A program made the translations under genes and the position numbers. Below are positions 1-9,905 of a stretch of DNA of 48,042 nucleotides, one piece after another. The first letter of the stretch is position 1; each line of letters opens with the position of its first letter. The stretch is taken from positions 1-48,042 of the forward strand of contig JAGDMS010000003.1 in the NCBI GenBank assembly GCA_017860575.1, read 5' to 3'. Source of the stretch: Deltaproteobacteria bacterium. Lineage in GTDB: Bacteria > Desulfobacterota > Binatia > HRBIN30. Below the pieces are notes generated by a model. That model worked only from the letters and a program-made list of their open reading frames with translations. It was not told where the DNA came from and searched no databases.

Positions 1-1
1 C

Positions 2-658
2 GGCCGTGTCAGCCTTCCACCCCTGCTCCTGGCGCTGATGGGACTGGTGTACGTATCGATTACCTACAGCGCCATCTTCACGATGGCGGAACGGCCAGAC
101 CTCATCCGCGCACTCTACGCCAAGGATCAATCCGGCCTCGTGTGGAACCCGGAGTGGAGCGATTATCTCCTGCGTTGGCTGCACATGGTGGCGGGTGCGG
201 TGACGGTCGGCGGCTTCTGCGTCGGTCTGCTCGGCCGCAACGACCCGGAAACCTACGGCACGGGTAAATCGTTCTTCGTCACCGGCATGGCGTTGGCCGC
301 CGTACTGGGCTTCGGCTACCTGTTATCGTTGCTGCCGATCCTGGTGGCGTTCATGCGCACGCCGGCCATCTGGGCCTTGACCGCCGCCATCATCTTGTCC
401 CTCGGATCCCTGCATTTCTTCTTCAAGAAGCAGTTTGCGGCGTCGGGTGTGATGCTCTTTCTTTCGCTGTTCGGGATGGTGTATGCGCGTCATACCGTGC
501 GCTTGCTGAAGCTCGCCGGGCAGTTCGACCCAGCCAGTTGGCGCGTCGCGCCGCAATGGGGTCCGTTGGTCCTGTTTCTGGTGTGTTTCGTGCTGGCGCT
601 GGCCGTCGTGGCGTATATGCTGCGATTGTTCTTTAGCCCGTCAGAGCGCCCGGCCTGA
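2..658 (+). CDS. Polytopic membrane protein, 5'-partial (the frame is open from the window edge)
   Basis: About 6 hydrophobic segments; no stop between position 2 and the ATG at 38; WLHMVAG motif; family not recognised with confidence. Confidence 0.75.
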   Translation, partial: GRVSLPPLLLALMGLVYVSITYSAIFTMAERPDLIRALYAKDQSGLVWNPEWSDYLLRWLHMVAGAVTVGGFCVGLLGRNDPETYGTGKSFFVTGMALAAVLGFGYLLSLLPILVAFMRTPAIWALTAAIILSLGSLHFFFKKQFAASGVMLFLSLFGMVYARHTVRLLKLAGQFDPASWRVAPQWGPLVLFLVCFVLALAVVAYMLRLFFSPSERPA

Positions 659-707
659 CACACGCCACAACGACCCGAGGCCACGTGCGCTGCTCGCAAG
701 ATCCTAT

Positions 708-1379
708 TCAGCGTAGCGTCCGTGGTCTGTCGGATACGCTGATCGGCTCAACCGCAGCTCGGGGCGGGCTGGGGCGATCCAGCTGTCCAACGGCCCCCGG
801 CAACAAGAGATCCTCCAAAAAGAAGGCGGACAGTTCAGCACGGCCCCCCACGCCCGCTTTGCGGTAAATCGCCTGGGCCTGCTGGCGCACCGTTCGTTCA
901 CTGGTGGTGCGCAGGACGGCTATCTCTTTCAAGCTGAAGCCTTTGATGAGGAGTAGGCCCACGTCGCGTTCGGCTTGACTCAAGGACCACCGGCCGAACT
1001 GCCGGTCGATAGCCACACCCAGACCCTCCAACAGCCCGTGCGCTTCGCCCCGCCAGACCGTCGCCTCGGCTCGCCAGGTGGCGAGTTCCTTGGAAAGGTC
1101 GCTGACATCCCGGCGGGCACGGACCAACGACCGCCCGAGGGCAGCGACGCCCGCTAGACTCGAGGCCAAGACCGAGCCTTCCAGCAACAGATGCCACGGC
1201 CGGATCCCCCCTCGGGCATCCGAGATGAGGTCCAGGGCCACCAGCAGCGCGATCAAGCCGAACAGGATGATGCCGATGCTGGCGATGCGTCCGTCAAACG
1301 GCCGATCGGATGCAGGTAAGTCATTGAATAACGCCCGGTTCTTTGCCTGTCCGTCATCTGTCGGATGGTCCGCCATCAC
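708..1379 (-). CDS. Membrane-anchored LuxR-family HTH transcriptional regulator
   Basis: Two N-terminal TM helices, a coiled segment, then a LuxR HTH (LSQAERDVGLLLIKGFSLKEIAVLRTTSERTVRQQ...IYRK); exact start uncertain. Confidence 0.85.
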   Translation of the reverse strand: MMADHPTDDGQAKNRALFNDLPASDRPFDGRIASIGIILFGLIALLVALDLISDARGGIRPWHLLLEGSVLASSLAGVAALGRSLVRARRDVSDLSKELATWRAEATVWRGEAHGLLEGLGVAIDRQFGRWSLSQAERDVGLLLIKGFSLKEIAVLRTTSERTVRQQAQAIYRKAGVGGRAELSAFFLEDLLLPGAVGQLDRPSPPRAAVEPISVSDRPRTLR

Positions 1380-1427
1380 CTACCTGCGCTATTCCCGATC
1401 GCATCTCAGCAGTCACAAGGAGGATCT

Positions 1428-1961
1428 ATGAACACTCTACCGCTCCACCCTGCAGTCGTCCACCTGCCACTCGGCCTCGCGGCAGTCATGCCGTTGTTAG
1501 CCGCGGGGCTTGCCGTTGCCATTTGGAGGGGATTCCTACCCAGAAAGGTCTGGTTGGTCGTCGTCGTGTTCCAGGCGGTGCTCTTCGCGGGTGCCGTCGT
1601 TGCCCTGCGCACGGGCGAGGCTGAGGAAGAGCGAGTCGAAAAACGGATTGCCGAGCGGACCATCGAGCGCCACGAAGAGATGGCGGAGCAATTCGTCTGG
1701 GGCGCGGGGGTAACCTTGGCGCTCAGCGCCGCCGGCATGGTGCTCGGCACCGGTCACGCACCGGCAGCGCTGATGGCTGCCGCCACGCTGGCCACTATCA
1801 TCACCGGCGGATTGGGTTTGCGCGTGGGGCATGCGGGCGGGCAACTGGTGCACGGACCGGACGGGCTGACCAGCATCACACGAGCCCCCGGCGGGGAGAC
1901 TGGCGACGGCAACCCGCGCGGATCACAACGGATTGAGCAGCGCCACCGGCACAATGACTGA
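1428..1961 (+). CDS. DUF2231-like membrane protein
   Basis: AAGGAGG RBS before ATG 1428; LHPAVVHLP start, ERHEE and GHAGGQLVH motifs; 4 TM segments. Confidence 0.75.
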   Translation: MNTLPLHPAVVHLPLGLAAVMPLLAAGLAVAIWRGFLPRKVWLVVVVFQAVLFAGAVVALRTGEAEEERVEKRIAERTIERHEEMAEQFVWGAGVTLALSAAGMVLGTGHAPAALMAAATLATIITGGLGLRVGHAGGQLVHGPDGLTSITRAPGGETGDGNPRGSQRIEQRHRHND

Positions 1962-2057
1962 GACGCCACGCTCGCAGCACGGATCCTGCCGAGCGGTGTT
2001 TGACATCACCGACAATGACGTCCACTGTTTTCCCTGACCCAACCCGGAGGAGTTCTC

Positions 2058-2669
2058 ATGAAAATGCACGTGGTTCCAATCCGACTTGCACTGTGTTTTC
2101 TCGCCCTGGCCGTTGGCTCGTCGACGGCCGCGTTTGCGCACTGTGACACGCTCGATGGACCGGTGGTCACAGCGGCGCGCGCCGCGCTCGCGGCTGGCGA
2201 TCCGAAACCCGTCCTGATCTGGGTGTCGGCTAAAGACGAGGCGGAGGTACGAGCGGCTTTCGAGAAGACCCTGGCGGTACGCAAACTGGGTGATGCCGCG
2301 CGAGACCTTGCCGACCGGTACTTTTTCGAGACTGTTGTGCGCATTCATCGGGCCGGAGAGGGCGAACCCTACACCGGCCTGAAGCCGGCCGGTATTGATC
2401 TCGGTCCAGCCATCCCGGCGGCGGATCAGGCACTGCAGAGCGGGTCCGTCGACCCGTTGGTCAAGCTGCTGACCGACGCGGTCGGGCGCGGCGTGCGCGA
2501 ACAGTTTGGCGTGGCGAACGCCCGCAAGCAGTTCGACAAGCAAGACGTCGATGCCGGCAGAAAATACGTGGCCGCCTATGTCGCTTTCATGCACTACGTG
2601 GAAAGGATCTACCAAGCGACCGCCGTGCCGGCGCACGAGCATGGCCACGCGGCGGAGCACGCCCACTGA
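2058..2669 (+). CDS. Secreted DUF6448-like protein with His-rich C-terminus
   Basis: GGAGGAG RBS; signal peptide ending AFA followed by HCDTLDGPVV; FFETVVRIHRAGEGEPYTGLKPAG; HEHGHAAEHAH tail. Confidence 0.8.
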   Translation: MKMHVVPIRLALCFLALAVGSSTAAFAHCDTLDGPVVTAARAALAAGDPKPVLIWVSAKDEAEVRAAFEKTLAVRKLGDAARDLADRYFFETVVRIHRAGEGEPYTGLKPAGIDLGPAIPAADQALQSGSVDPLVKLLTDAVGRGVREQFGVANARKQFDKQDVDAGRKYVAAYVAFMHYVERIYQATAVPAHEHGHAAEHAH

Positions 2670-2753
2670 AGCGGCGTCTCGCGCATCATCCACCACACCC
2701 GTCATCGCTGGTTGGCGAAAGCGTCGGAGGAGTGACCGGAGCGCAGCGCACAC

Positions 2754-5700
2754 ATGCACGTCCATCGCAGCAATCGCACGGAGACCTTGCTGGCCGAGCT
2801 GGCGGCTGTGGTGGCGCGGCCGGCCGGCGGCCCGTTCGACCCGGAGTGCATCGTGGTCCAGGGCAAGGGCATGGAGCGCTGGCTGGCGATGGAGCTGGCG
2901 CGCCGCCTGGGGGTGTGGGCCAATCCCGACTTCCCCTTTCCACGCCACCTCATCGAACGCGCGCTCACCGCGGTGCTCGGTCCGCGGGAACCGGAGACGG
3001 ACTGCTTTACGCCGGACATTCTGCTGTGGGCGATCGCCGAATTGCTGCCCCGCTTGGTTGGCGGGGCCGAATTTGCACCCATTCGCCGCTACCTGGCACG
3101 CGAGGATCAGGGCCTGCGACGGGTTCAGCTGGCCCAACGCATCGCCGACACCTTCGATCAGTACCTGGTGTACCGCCCCAAGATGATTCTCGATTGGGAT
3201 GACGGCCACGACACGCACTGGCAGGCGGTTTTGTGGCGTGCGTTGACCGAGCACCTCGCCTCGCGCGACCACATCGCCGCCCGCGCCCGCGGCTTTCTCG
3301 ACAGCGTGCGGGCCACACGACCGCACCTCGATGGCTTCCCCGCGCGTGTGAATCTGTTCGGTGTCTCGACGTTACCGCCTTTGTACCTGGACCTCCTTAG
3401 CCGGTTGTCGCCCTGGGTCGAGCTGCATCTGTTCGTTCTCAGCCCAACGCGCGAATACTGGGGCGACATCCGGTCGCGCCGCGAGCTCCTGCGCCGGCCG
3501 CCGCGGCGCAGCGGCACGGGGACGGACATGGACAGGCTCGTGGATCAAGCGGAGGGCAACCCGCTCCTGGCCTCGATGGGCCGCCTGGGACGGGACTTCC
3601 AGCAGCTGCTCGAAGACGCCGGCGATTATCAGGAAGACGAACGTGATCTCTATCGCGACCCCGGTACCCGCACCATGCTGGCCGCCGTGCAATCCGACAT
3701 CCTCGCGTTGCAACACCGCGTAGCTCACGGCGAGGTGCCACCGCTCGCGCTTGATCCGGATGACGACTCGATCCGCGCACACGCCTGCCACAGCCCGATG
3801 CGCGAGGTGGAAGTGCTGCATGATCAACTGCTCGCGCTTTTCGACCGGGATTCGACACTGGAACCCCACGACGTGGTAGTGATGTCGCCGGACATCGACA
3901 CCTACGCACCGTTCGTCGAGGCCGTCTTCGGCCGCACGGGCGCGGACCGGCCCCGCATCCCGTATCGGATCGCCGACCGACACGTGCGCGCCACCGAAGT
4001 GGTGTTCGACGCGTTTACCAAGCTGCTCGACACCCTGCGCGGCCGCATGACGGCGAGCGATATTCTCGACCTGCTCGGCAACGACGTCATTGGCGCCCGC
4101 TTTGACCTTGCGGGCGAAGAGTTGGACCGGGTGCGCCGTTGGGTGGCCGACGCCGGCATTCGCTGGGGCGTGGACGCCGAACACCGGGAAGAATTTGGGC
4201 AGCCGGTCCTGCCTCAGAACACCTGGCGCTTCGGGCTCGACCGGCTGCTGCTCGGCTACGCCATGCCGGGCGAGCGCCGCACGCTCTTCGGCGGTGTGTT
4301 GCCCTACGACGATCTGGAGGGCACCGAAGCCGAGGCGCTCGGGCGATTGGCCGACTTCTGCGAGCAGCTCTTTGGGTTCCGTAGTGCGCTCCGGCAGCCG
4401 CGCAGCGTCGCCGCCTGGTGCGCTGCGCTGGCCGGCCTGGTCGACGGCATGCTCACCAGCACCGACGCCATCGCGTACCAGCACCAGCGCATCCGCGACG
4501 TTCTGGACGAGCTGGCCACGGCCGCGGAGCGTGCCCGCTTCACGGAGCCGATCGAACTCGACGCCGTGCGCGCGCAACTCGAGCAGCGCCTGCAGCGCGG
4601 TGCAACGGAACGCGGCTTTCTCGCCGGTGGCGTCACTTTTTGCGCCATGGTGCCGATGCGTACCATTCCCTTCCGCGTGCTCTGTCTGCTCGGCATGAAC
4701 GACGGCGCCTTTCCGCGCCTGCGCCGCCCGCTGGGCTTCGACCTCATGGCGCAGCAGCCGCGGCCTGGCGACCGCAGCGCGCGCGATGATGACCGCTACC
4801 TGTTTCTCGAAGCCCTGCTGTCGGCACGCGAGCGGCTCATCCTGACGTACGTCGGGCAAAGCATCCGCGACAACGCCCAGCTGCCACCGTCGGTGGTCGT
4901 CAGCGAACTACTCGACGTCCTCGACGAGTCTTTCGTTGCCGCGCCACCGCACCCGTCGGCCAGCAGCCGCGTTTGCATCTTCCACGCGCTGCAGTCGTTC
5001 AGTCCGGCATATTTCGACCAGCGTGATGCGCGCCTGTTCAGTTATGACGCCAGCGCCTGTGCCGGGGCGCGCAGTCTCGTGGGACCGCGCCAGCCGGCGC
5101 CCGCGTTCTTGTCCGCCGCAATGCCGCCGGACGGTTCCGCGGCACCGGCCGTGTCCCTCGACGATCTCGTGCAATTCTTCGACAACCCTGCCCGCGCGCT
5201 GCTGCAGCGGCGACTGGGGCTGCATCTGGGTGACGACGCGCCCGCGTTGCTCGACCGCGAACCGATTGCGCCGGACGCGCTCGAGCAGTGGAGCATCGGC
5301 GACGATCTGCTCGCCCGGACCCTCGAGGGCGACGATCTGCGCGTGGCATTCAGCGCCATCAAGGCCAGCGGTGTGCTACCGCTGGGAACGCCGGGCAATT
5401 GCCTCTATGAGGAACTCCAACCGCGGGTTACGGCCCTGGCGGCCTCGGCTGTCCCACTGATCGGAGGGACCCGCCTCGAGCCGGTCGTGGTGGACCGGAC
5501 ACTCGGCGACGGCACCCGCATCACTGGCGTGCTCCGCAACCTGTGGCCCGCCGGCCAGGTCGAGTGTACATACTCGAAGCTGGGCGGCACCCGTGAACTG
5601 CGCCTGTGGATCCGCCACGTCATTCTCAATTGGGCAGCACCGGAATCCGTCCCACGCGCCAGCACCCTCGTCGGACGGCCCGCGAAGGATGACGGACCGG

Positions 5701-6098
5701 TCTGCCTGCGCTTTCGGCCGGTCGGGAACCCCGAAGCCATCCTGCAGCAGCTGGTGGCGTTGTACCGCCGTGGCCAGCAGTGCCCGTTGCCCTTCTTCCC
5801 GAAATCCTCTCGCGCATACGTCGAGGCATTGCTTTCATCCGGCGGCGACGAGAGACGAGCAAGCACCGACGCGAAGAAGAAATTCAAGGTCGATCGACAT
5901 GCAGCAGTTCCGGGTGACGCGGAGGACCCGTATGTCCAGCAGATCTTCGGCAATACCAACCCGCTTGACCCCGCTTGCCCGCTGCTGTGCGTGACGGCAC
6001 CCCTGTACGACTCGTTCGACATGCGGACATTTGCTGAGATCGCGCGCGCCGTTTTCGAGCCCTTGCTGCAGCATCGGGAGGATGGAACGCTGTCATGA
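2754..6098 (+). CDS. recC: Exodeoxyribonuclease V gamma subunit
   Basis: HRSNRTE start, IVVQGKGMERWL, FDQYLVYRP, NPLLASMGRLGRDF, CHSPMREVEVLHD, PMRTIPFRV; ATGA overlap with recB. Confidence 0.96.
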   Translation: MHVHRSNRTETLLAELAAVVARPAGGPFDPECIVVQGKGMERWLAMELARRLGVWANPDFPFPRHLIERALTAVLGPREPETDCFTPDILLWAIAELLPRLVGGAEFAPIRRYLAREDQGLRRVQLAQRIADTFDQYLVYRPKMILDWDDGHDTHWQAVLWRALTEHLASRDHIAARARGFLDSVRATRPHLDGFPARVNLFGVSTLPPLYLDLLSRLSPWVELHLFVLSPTREYWGDIRSRRELLRRPPRRSGTGTDMDRLVDQAEGNPLLASMGRLGRDFQQLLEDAGDYQEDERDLYRDPGTRTMLAAVQSDILALQHRVAHGEVPPLALDPDDDSIRAHACHSPMREVEVLHDQLLALFDRDSTLEPHDVVVMSPDIDTYAPFVEAVFGRTGADRPRIPYRIADRHVRATEVVFDAFTKLLDTLRGRMTASDILDLLGNDVIGARFDLAGEELDRVRRWVADAGIRWGVDAEHREEFGQPVLPQNTWRFGLDRLLLGYAMPGERRTLFGGVLPYDDLEGTEAEALGRLADFCEQLFGFRSALRQPRSVAAWCAALAGLVDGMLTSTDAIAYQHQRIRDVLDELATAAERARFTEPIELDAVRAQLEQRLQRGATERGFLAGGVTFCAMVPMRTIPFRVLCLLGMNDGAFPRLRRPLGFDLMAQQPRPGDRSARDDDRYLFLEALLSARERLILTYVGQSIRDNAQLPPSVVVSELLDVLDESFVAAPPHPSASSRVCIFHALQSFSPAYFDQRDARLFSYDASACAGARSLVGPRQPAPAFLSAAMPPDGSAAPAVSLDDLVQFFDNPARALLQRRLGLHLGDDAPALLDREPIAPDALEQWSIGDDLLARTLEGDDLRVAFSAIKASGVLPLGTPGNCLYEELQPRVTALAASAVPLIGGTRLEPVVVDRTLGDGTRITGVLRNLWPAGQVECTYSKLGGTRELRLWIRHVILNWAAPESVPRASTLVGRPAKDDGPVCLRFRPVGNPEAILQQLVALYRRGQQCPLPFFPKSSRAYVEALLSSGGDERRASTDAKKKFKVDRHAAVPGDAEDPYVQQIFGNTNPLDPACPLLCVTAPLYDSFDMRTFAEIARAVFEPLLQHREDGTLS

Positions 6099-9000
6099 AG
6101 CCGCTCGATCCGCTCGCCGTCTCGCTGCGCGGCGCCCATCTCATCGAGGCGAGTGCCGGCACCGGCAAAACGCACACCATCACCACGTTGTATCTGCGGT
6201 TGCTGCTCGAGGCCGAGCGACCGGTCGGCAACATCCTGGTGGTGACCTACACCGACGCCGCCACGGCCGAGTTGCGGACACGCATCCGGCACCGCCTGCG
6301 CGCAGCGCTGCACGCGATCGAGGCCGGGGGCGCTTCCGACGACGAAGTGCTCGACCAGCTGCTGCAAGGGCGCCGCACCCCCGATCGGATTGAACATGAC
6401 CGCCGCATCTTGCTCGCCGCACTGCACGGGTTCGACGAGGCGGCGATCTTTACCATCCACGGCTTCTGCCAGCGGGCGCTGCAAGAGCACGCGTTCGAGA
6501 GTGGAGTGCTGTTCGACACCGAACTGATCACCAGCCAGGCCCCGCTGCTCGACGAGGTGGTCCAGGACTTCTGGGTACGCGAGCTGTGCGACGCGCCGCC
6601 AGCGTTCGTCCGCTCCCTGCAGAGGAAAAACCTCACGCCGACGAGCCTGGCGTCGCTGGCCGTCAAGGTCGTGGCACACCCGGACATGCCGGTGCTCCCC
6701 GAACACGTCGACGTCGATCTCGACGCGGCCCTCGCGGCCTGGCGGCAGGCGTACGGGCCGGCCGCGGCCATCTGGCGCGAGGCCCGTAACGACATCGTGC
6801 GTCTGCTGCGCGAATCACCGGCGCTGAATCGGGTGAAGTATAAGCCGGCGAGCATCGCCTCCAGGTGGGTGCCGCAAATGGACCGGGTGATGACGGACGA
6901 ATGGCCCGGGTTCTCCGCAGACTTCACCGACTTCACCAAGTTCGGAACAACGAAGCTGGCGGAGGGAACGAAGAAGAACGGCGTAACGCCGCGGCATGCG
7001 TTTTTCGACGCTTGTGAAACCTTGCTCGAAGCCGAACAGCAAGTGTGCGACCAATTGGCGGCCCGGTTGCTGCAGTTTCAGCGTACGTTCGTGGAGTATG
7101 CTCGCGCCGAGTTGCGCCGCCGCAAGGAGGCGGCGCACGTACAATTCTTCGACGATCTCCTGCAGCGCCTGGACCAGGCCCTGGCCGGGTCCGGCGGACC
7201 GGCCCTGGCCGAGAAGATCCGCGCCCAGTTCGGCGCCGCACTGATCGACGAGTTTCAGGACACCGATCCCGTGCAGTATCGGATTTTTCACCGCCTCTAC
7301 CACGGCACGGAGGCCACGCTGTTCCTGATCGGCGATCCGAAGCAGGCCATCTACGCCTTCCGCGGCGCCGATGTCTTCGCCTACATCGCCGCCAAGGCGA
7401 ATACGGTGGACGGCCACACGCTGCTCACCAACTGGCGCTCCGACCGTAGCCTCGTCGAGGCGGTCAATGAGTTGTTCGCAAACGCTGATGCACAGTTCCT
7501 GTTGCCAGAGATTCCATTCGAGCGGGCCAAACCGAGTGCCGCGGATTGTCTCGGCGGCACGGCCGCCGGCAGCGCACCGTTGCAAATTCTGTTCGTGCGT
7601 CGCCCGGGTGACGACGCCATCACCAAGACCTGGGGCAACGACCATCTGCCCGACATGATCGCCACCGAGATCGTCCGCTTCCTGGGCTCTGGCACAACGA
7701 TCAAAGACAAGGCGGTCGCGCCGCACCAACGAGCAGGCGAGCAAGGTACAAGTCGCCCTGCGCGCGCGGCGGGTCCCCAGCGTCCTACAAACGCAGGCCA
7801 GCGTCTTCTCCAGCCCCGAAGCGGTCGAGATCGAGCGGGTGGTCCGCGCCATCGCCAACCCGGGAGATACGGGAGCGGTGAAGGCCGCCCTCGCCACCGC
7901 GGTGCTGGGCCTCAGCGGCGACGAACTTTTCGCCCTTCAGGAGGACGAACGCGGCTGGGACGCCTGGATGGGCCGCATGCAGGACTGGCACACGACCTGG
8001 CTGCAGCAGGGCTTCGTCGTCGCATTTCAGCGGGTGATCGAGGAGTGCGATGTGCCGCGGCGTCTCCTCGGCCTCAGCGACGGCGAGCGCCGGCTCACCA
8101 ACGTGTTCCACCTCGGCGAACTGCTGCACGCAGCGGCCATCGAGCGGCACGGCGGGCCGCTGGCGCCGGTGCGCTGGCTGAGCGAGATGCGCGCCGACGC
8201 CGCCGAGCGCGGTGACCTGGCCGGTGACACCGCACAGGTTCGTCTTGAATGCGACGAGGCCGCAGTGAAGCTGGTGACCGTCCACAAGGCCAAGGGGCTG
8301 CAGTATCCAATCGTCTACTGCCCGTTCCTGTGGGACGGTGCGCTCTTACGAGAGGCCGACGAGGCATACCCGCGCTTCCACGATCCCAACGACAACCATC
8401 GGCTGAAACTCGACTTGGGCTCACCGGATCTGGCGCAGCACCTGGCACGCGCCGAGCACGAGGCGCTGGCCGAAAACCTGCGCCTCCTGTACGTCGCACT
8501 GACACGGGCGCAGCACCGCTGCACCATCGTCTGGGGCGCGTTCAACGAAGCGCAAACCTCGGCGCTCGGGTATTTGTTGCATCAGCCCACGTCGGATGGG
8601 CCTGTTGAACACCGCAAAGACGTGCTTCTAGAGCCCCAGCACGAACGGTCTCAGAATCCATCAAATGAATCACCTTCCGCTCACCCTGAGCCTGTCGACG
8701 GGTGCTTCCGCACAATAGCGACAAGGTCTAAGGGTGGCGGCGATCTCGCCTCGGCCACCGCCGCGAGCATCAAGTCGCTCGTCGAAAGGGGTGACGACGC
8801 CTTGCTCGCCGACCTCCATGCGTTGGCGGCGAGAGCGGCGGGCACCATCGCGATCGGCCAATTGTCCGAACAGTCGGACGAGTCCTACAACGGCGCAGCG
8901 AGGCCGCCGCAGAAACTGCAATGCCGCACGGCTTGTCGCACCTTACCCCTGACCTGGCGCACATCGAGCTTCACGGCATTGACGGCCGCCGCAAGGGAGA

Positions 9001-9905
9001 TCAGCCTGCCGGCGGAGGAAGGTCAGGACCGCGATGAGGAGGCGGCAGCGATTGCCGAGCGGGCGTCGCGTCCACCCAGCACGGCTGCACCGACCTTACT
9101 CCTGCACGACTTCCCAAGCGGCACGCGGCCGGGGCTATTGGTCCACGACATCTTCGAACACCTCGACTTCCAGAACTCCGAGCCCGCGGCGCTCCAGCAG
9201 CAGGTTTCAGGGGCAATTACCCGCTTCGGTTTCGAGCCACGCTGGACCGACCCGTTGTGCGCGGCGATTCGTGATATCCTTGACACGCCGTTCGACGGCG
9301 GGTCCGAGCCGCTGACCTTGCGTCGGATTCCGCAGGCCGCGCGCCTCAATGAGTTGGAGTTCCTTTTCCCGGTCGCCGACCGACGTGACGACGGCGAGGG
9401 TGCGCCGGTACCGCCTATGGTGCTGACGCGCGGGCGCCTGGCGGCCGTGTTTGCCGACCATGCGCGCGCACCCGTGCCACCCGACTACGCTCAGCGGGTT
9501 GGTGCACTGGGGTTCGCCCCGCTCGCCGGCTTTCTGCGCGGCTTCATTGATCTGGTATTCACCCACGCCGGCCGCTGGTACCTCATCGATTACAAGTCGA
9601 ATGCCCTCGGTTCCACGGTGCGGGATTACGATACGCCGCGACTGGCGTCGGTCATGGACGCGCACCATTACTTCCTGCAGTACCACCTCTACGTTGTCGC
9701 CCTGCACCGCTATCTGTCCGCCCGCCTCCCGGACTACAACTACGACCGGCATTTCGGCGGTGTCTATTACCTGTTCCTGCGGGGCATGTCGCCGGCGCAT
9801 GCGCTCGGCTGCGGCGTGTTCCGCGACCGGCCGGCGCGCGAACTCGTGGAAGCATTGTCCGCCGCGTTGGCCGGCGAGACCTCGGCTCCCGGAGCGACGG
9901 CATGA
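6095..9905 (+). pseudogene. recB: Exodeoxyribonuclease V beta subunit, frameshifted at about 7721 (split into ORFs 6095-8215 and 7839-9905)
   Basis: IEASAGTGKT and IDEFQDTD in frame 1. The sequence continues in the +1 frame from 7722 (RTNEQA...SVFSSPEA), then VTVHKAKGLQY, YVALTRA and the nuclease motif GFIDLVF...IDYKSN. The expected DIAVL-type motif is missing at the junction. Could be an assembly error. Confidence 0.88.
8598..8729. mobile_element. ~132-bp hairpin mini-element (MITE/REP-like) inserted in frame in recB
   Basis: 8675-8704 matches 10441-10470 at 29/30 nt; 8621-8648 matches 10388-10415 at 22/28 nt; AT-richer central spacer; boundaries approximate. Confidence 0.75.

Noticed and set aside
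7700-7740. Programmed frameshift in recB
   Set aside because: No slippery heptamer, and conserved residues are missing, which recoding could not restore
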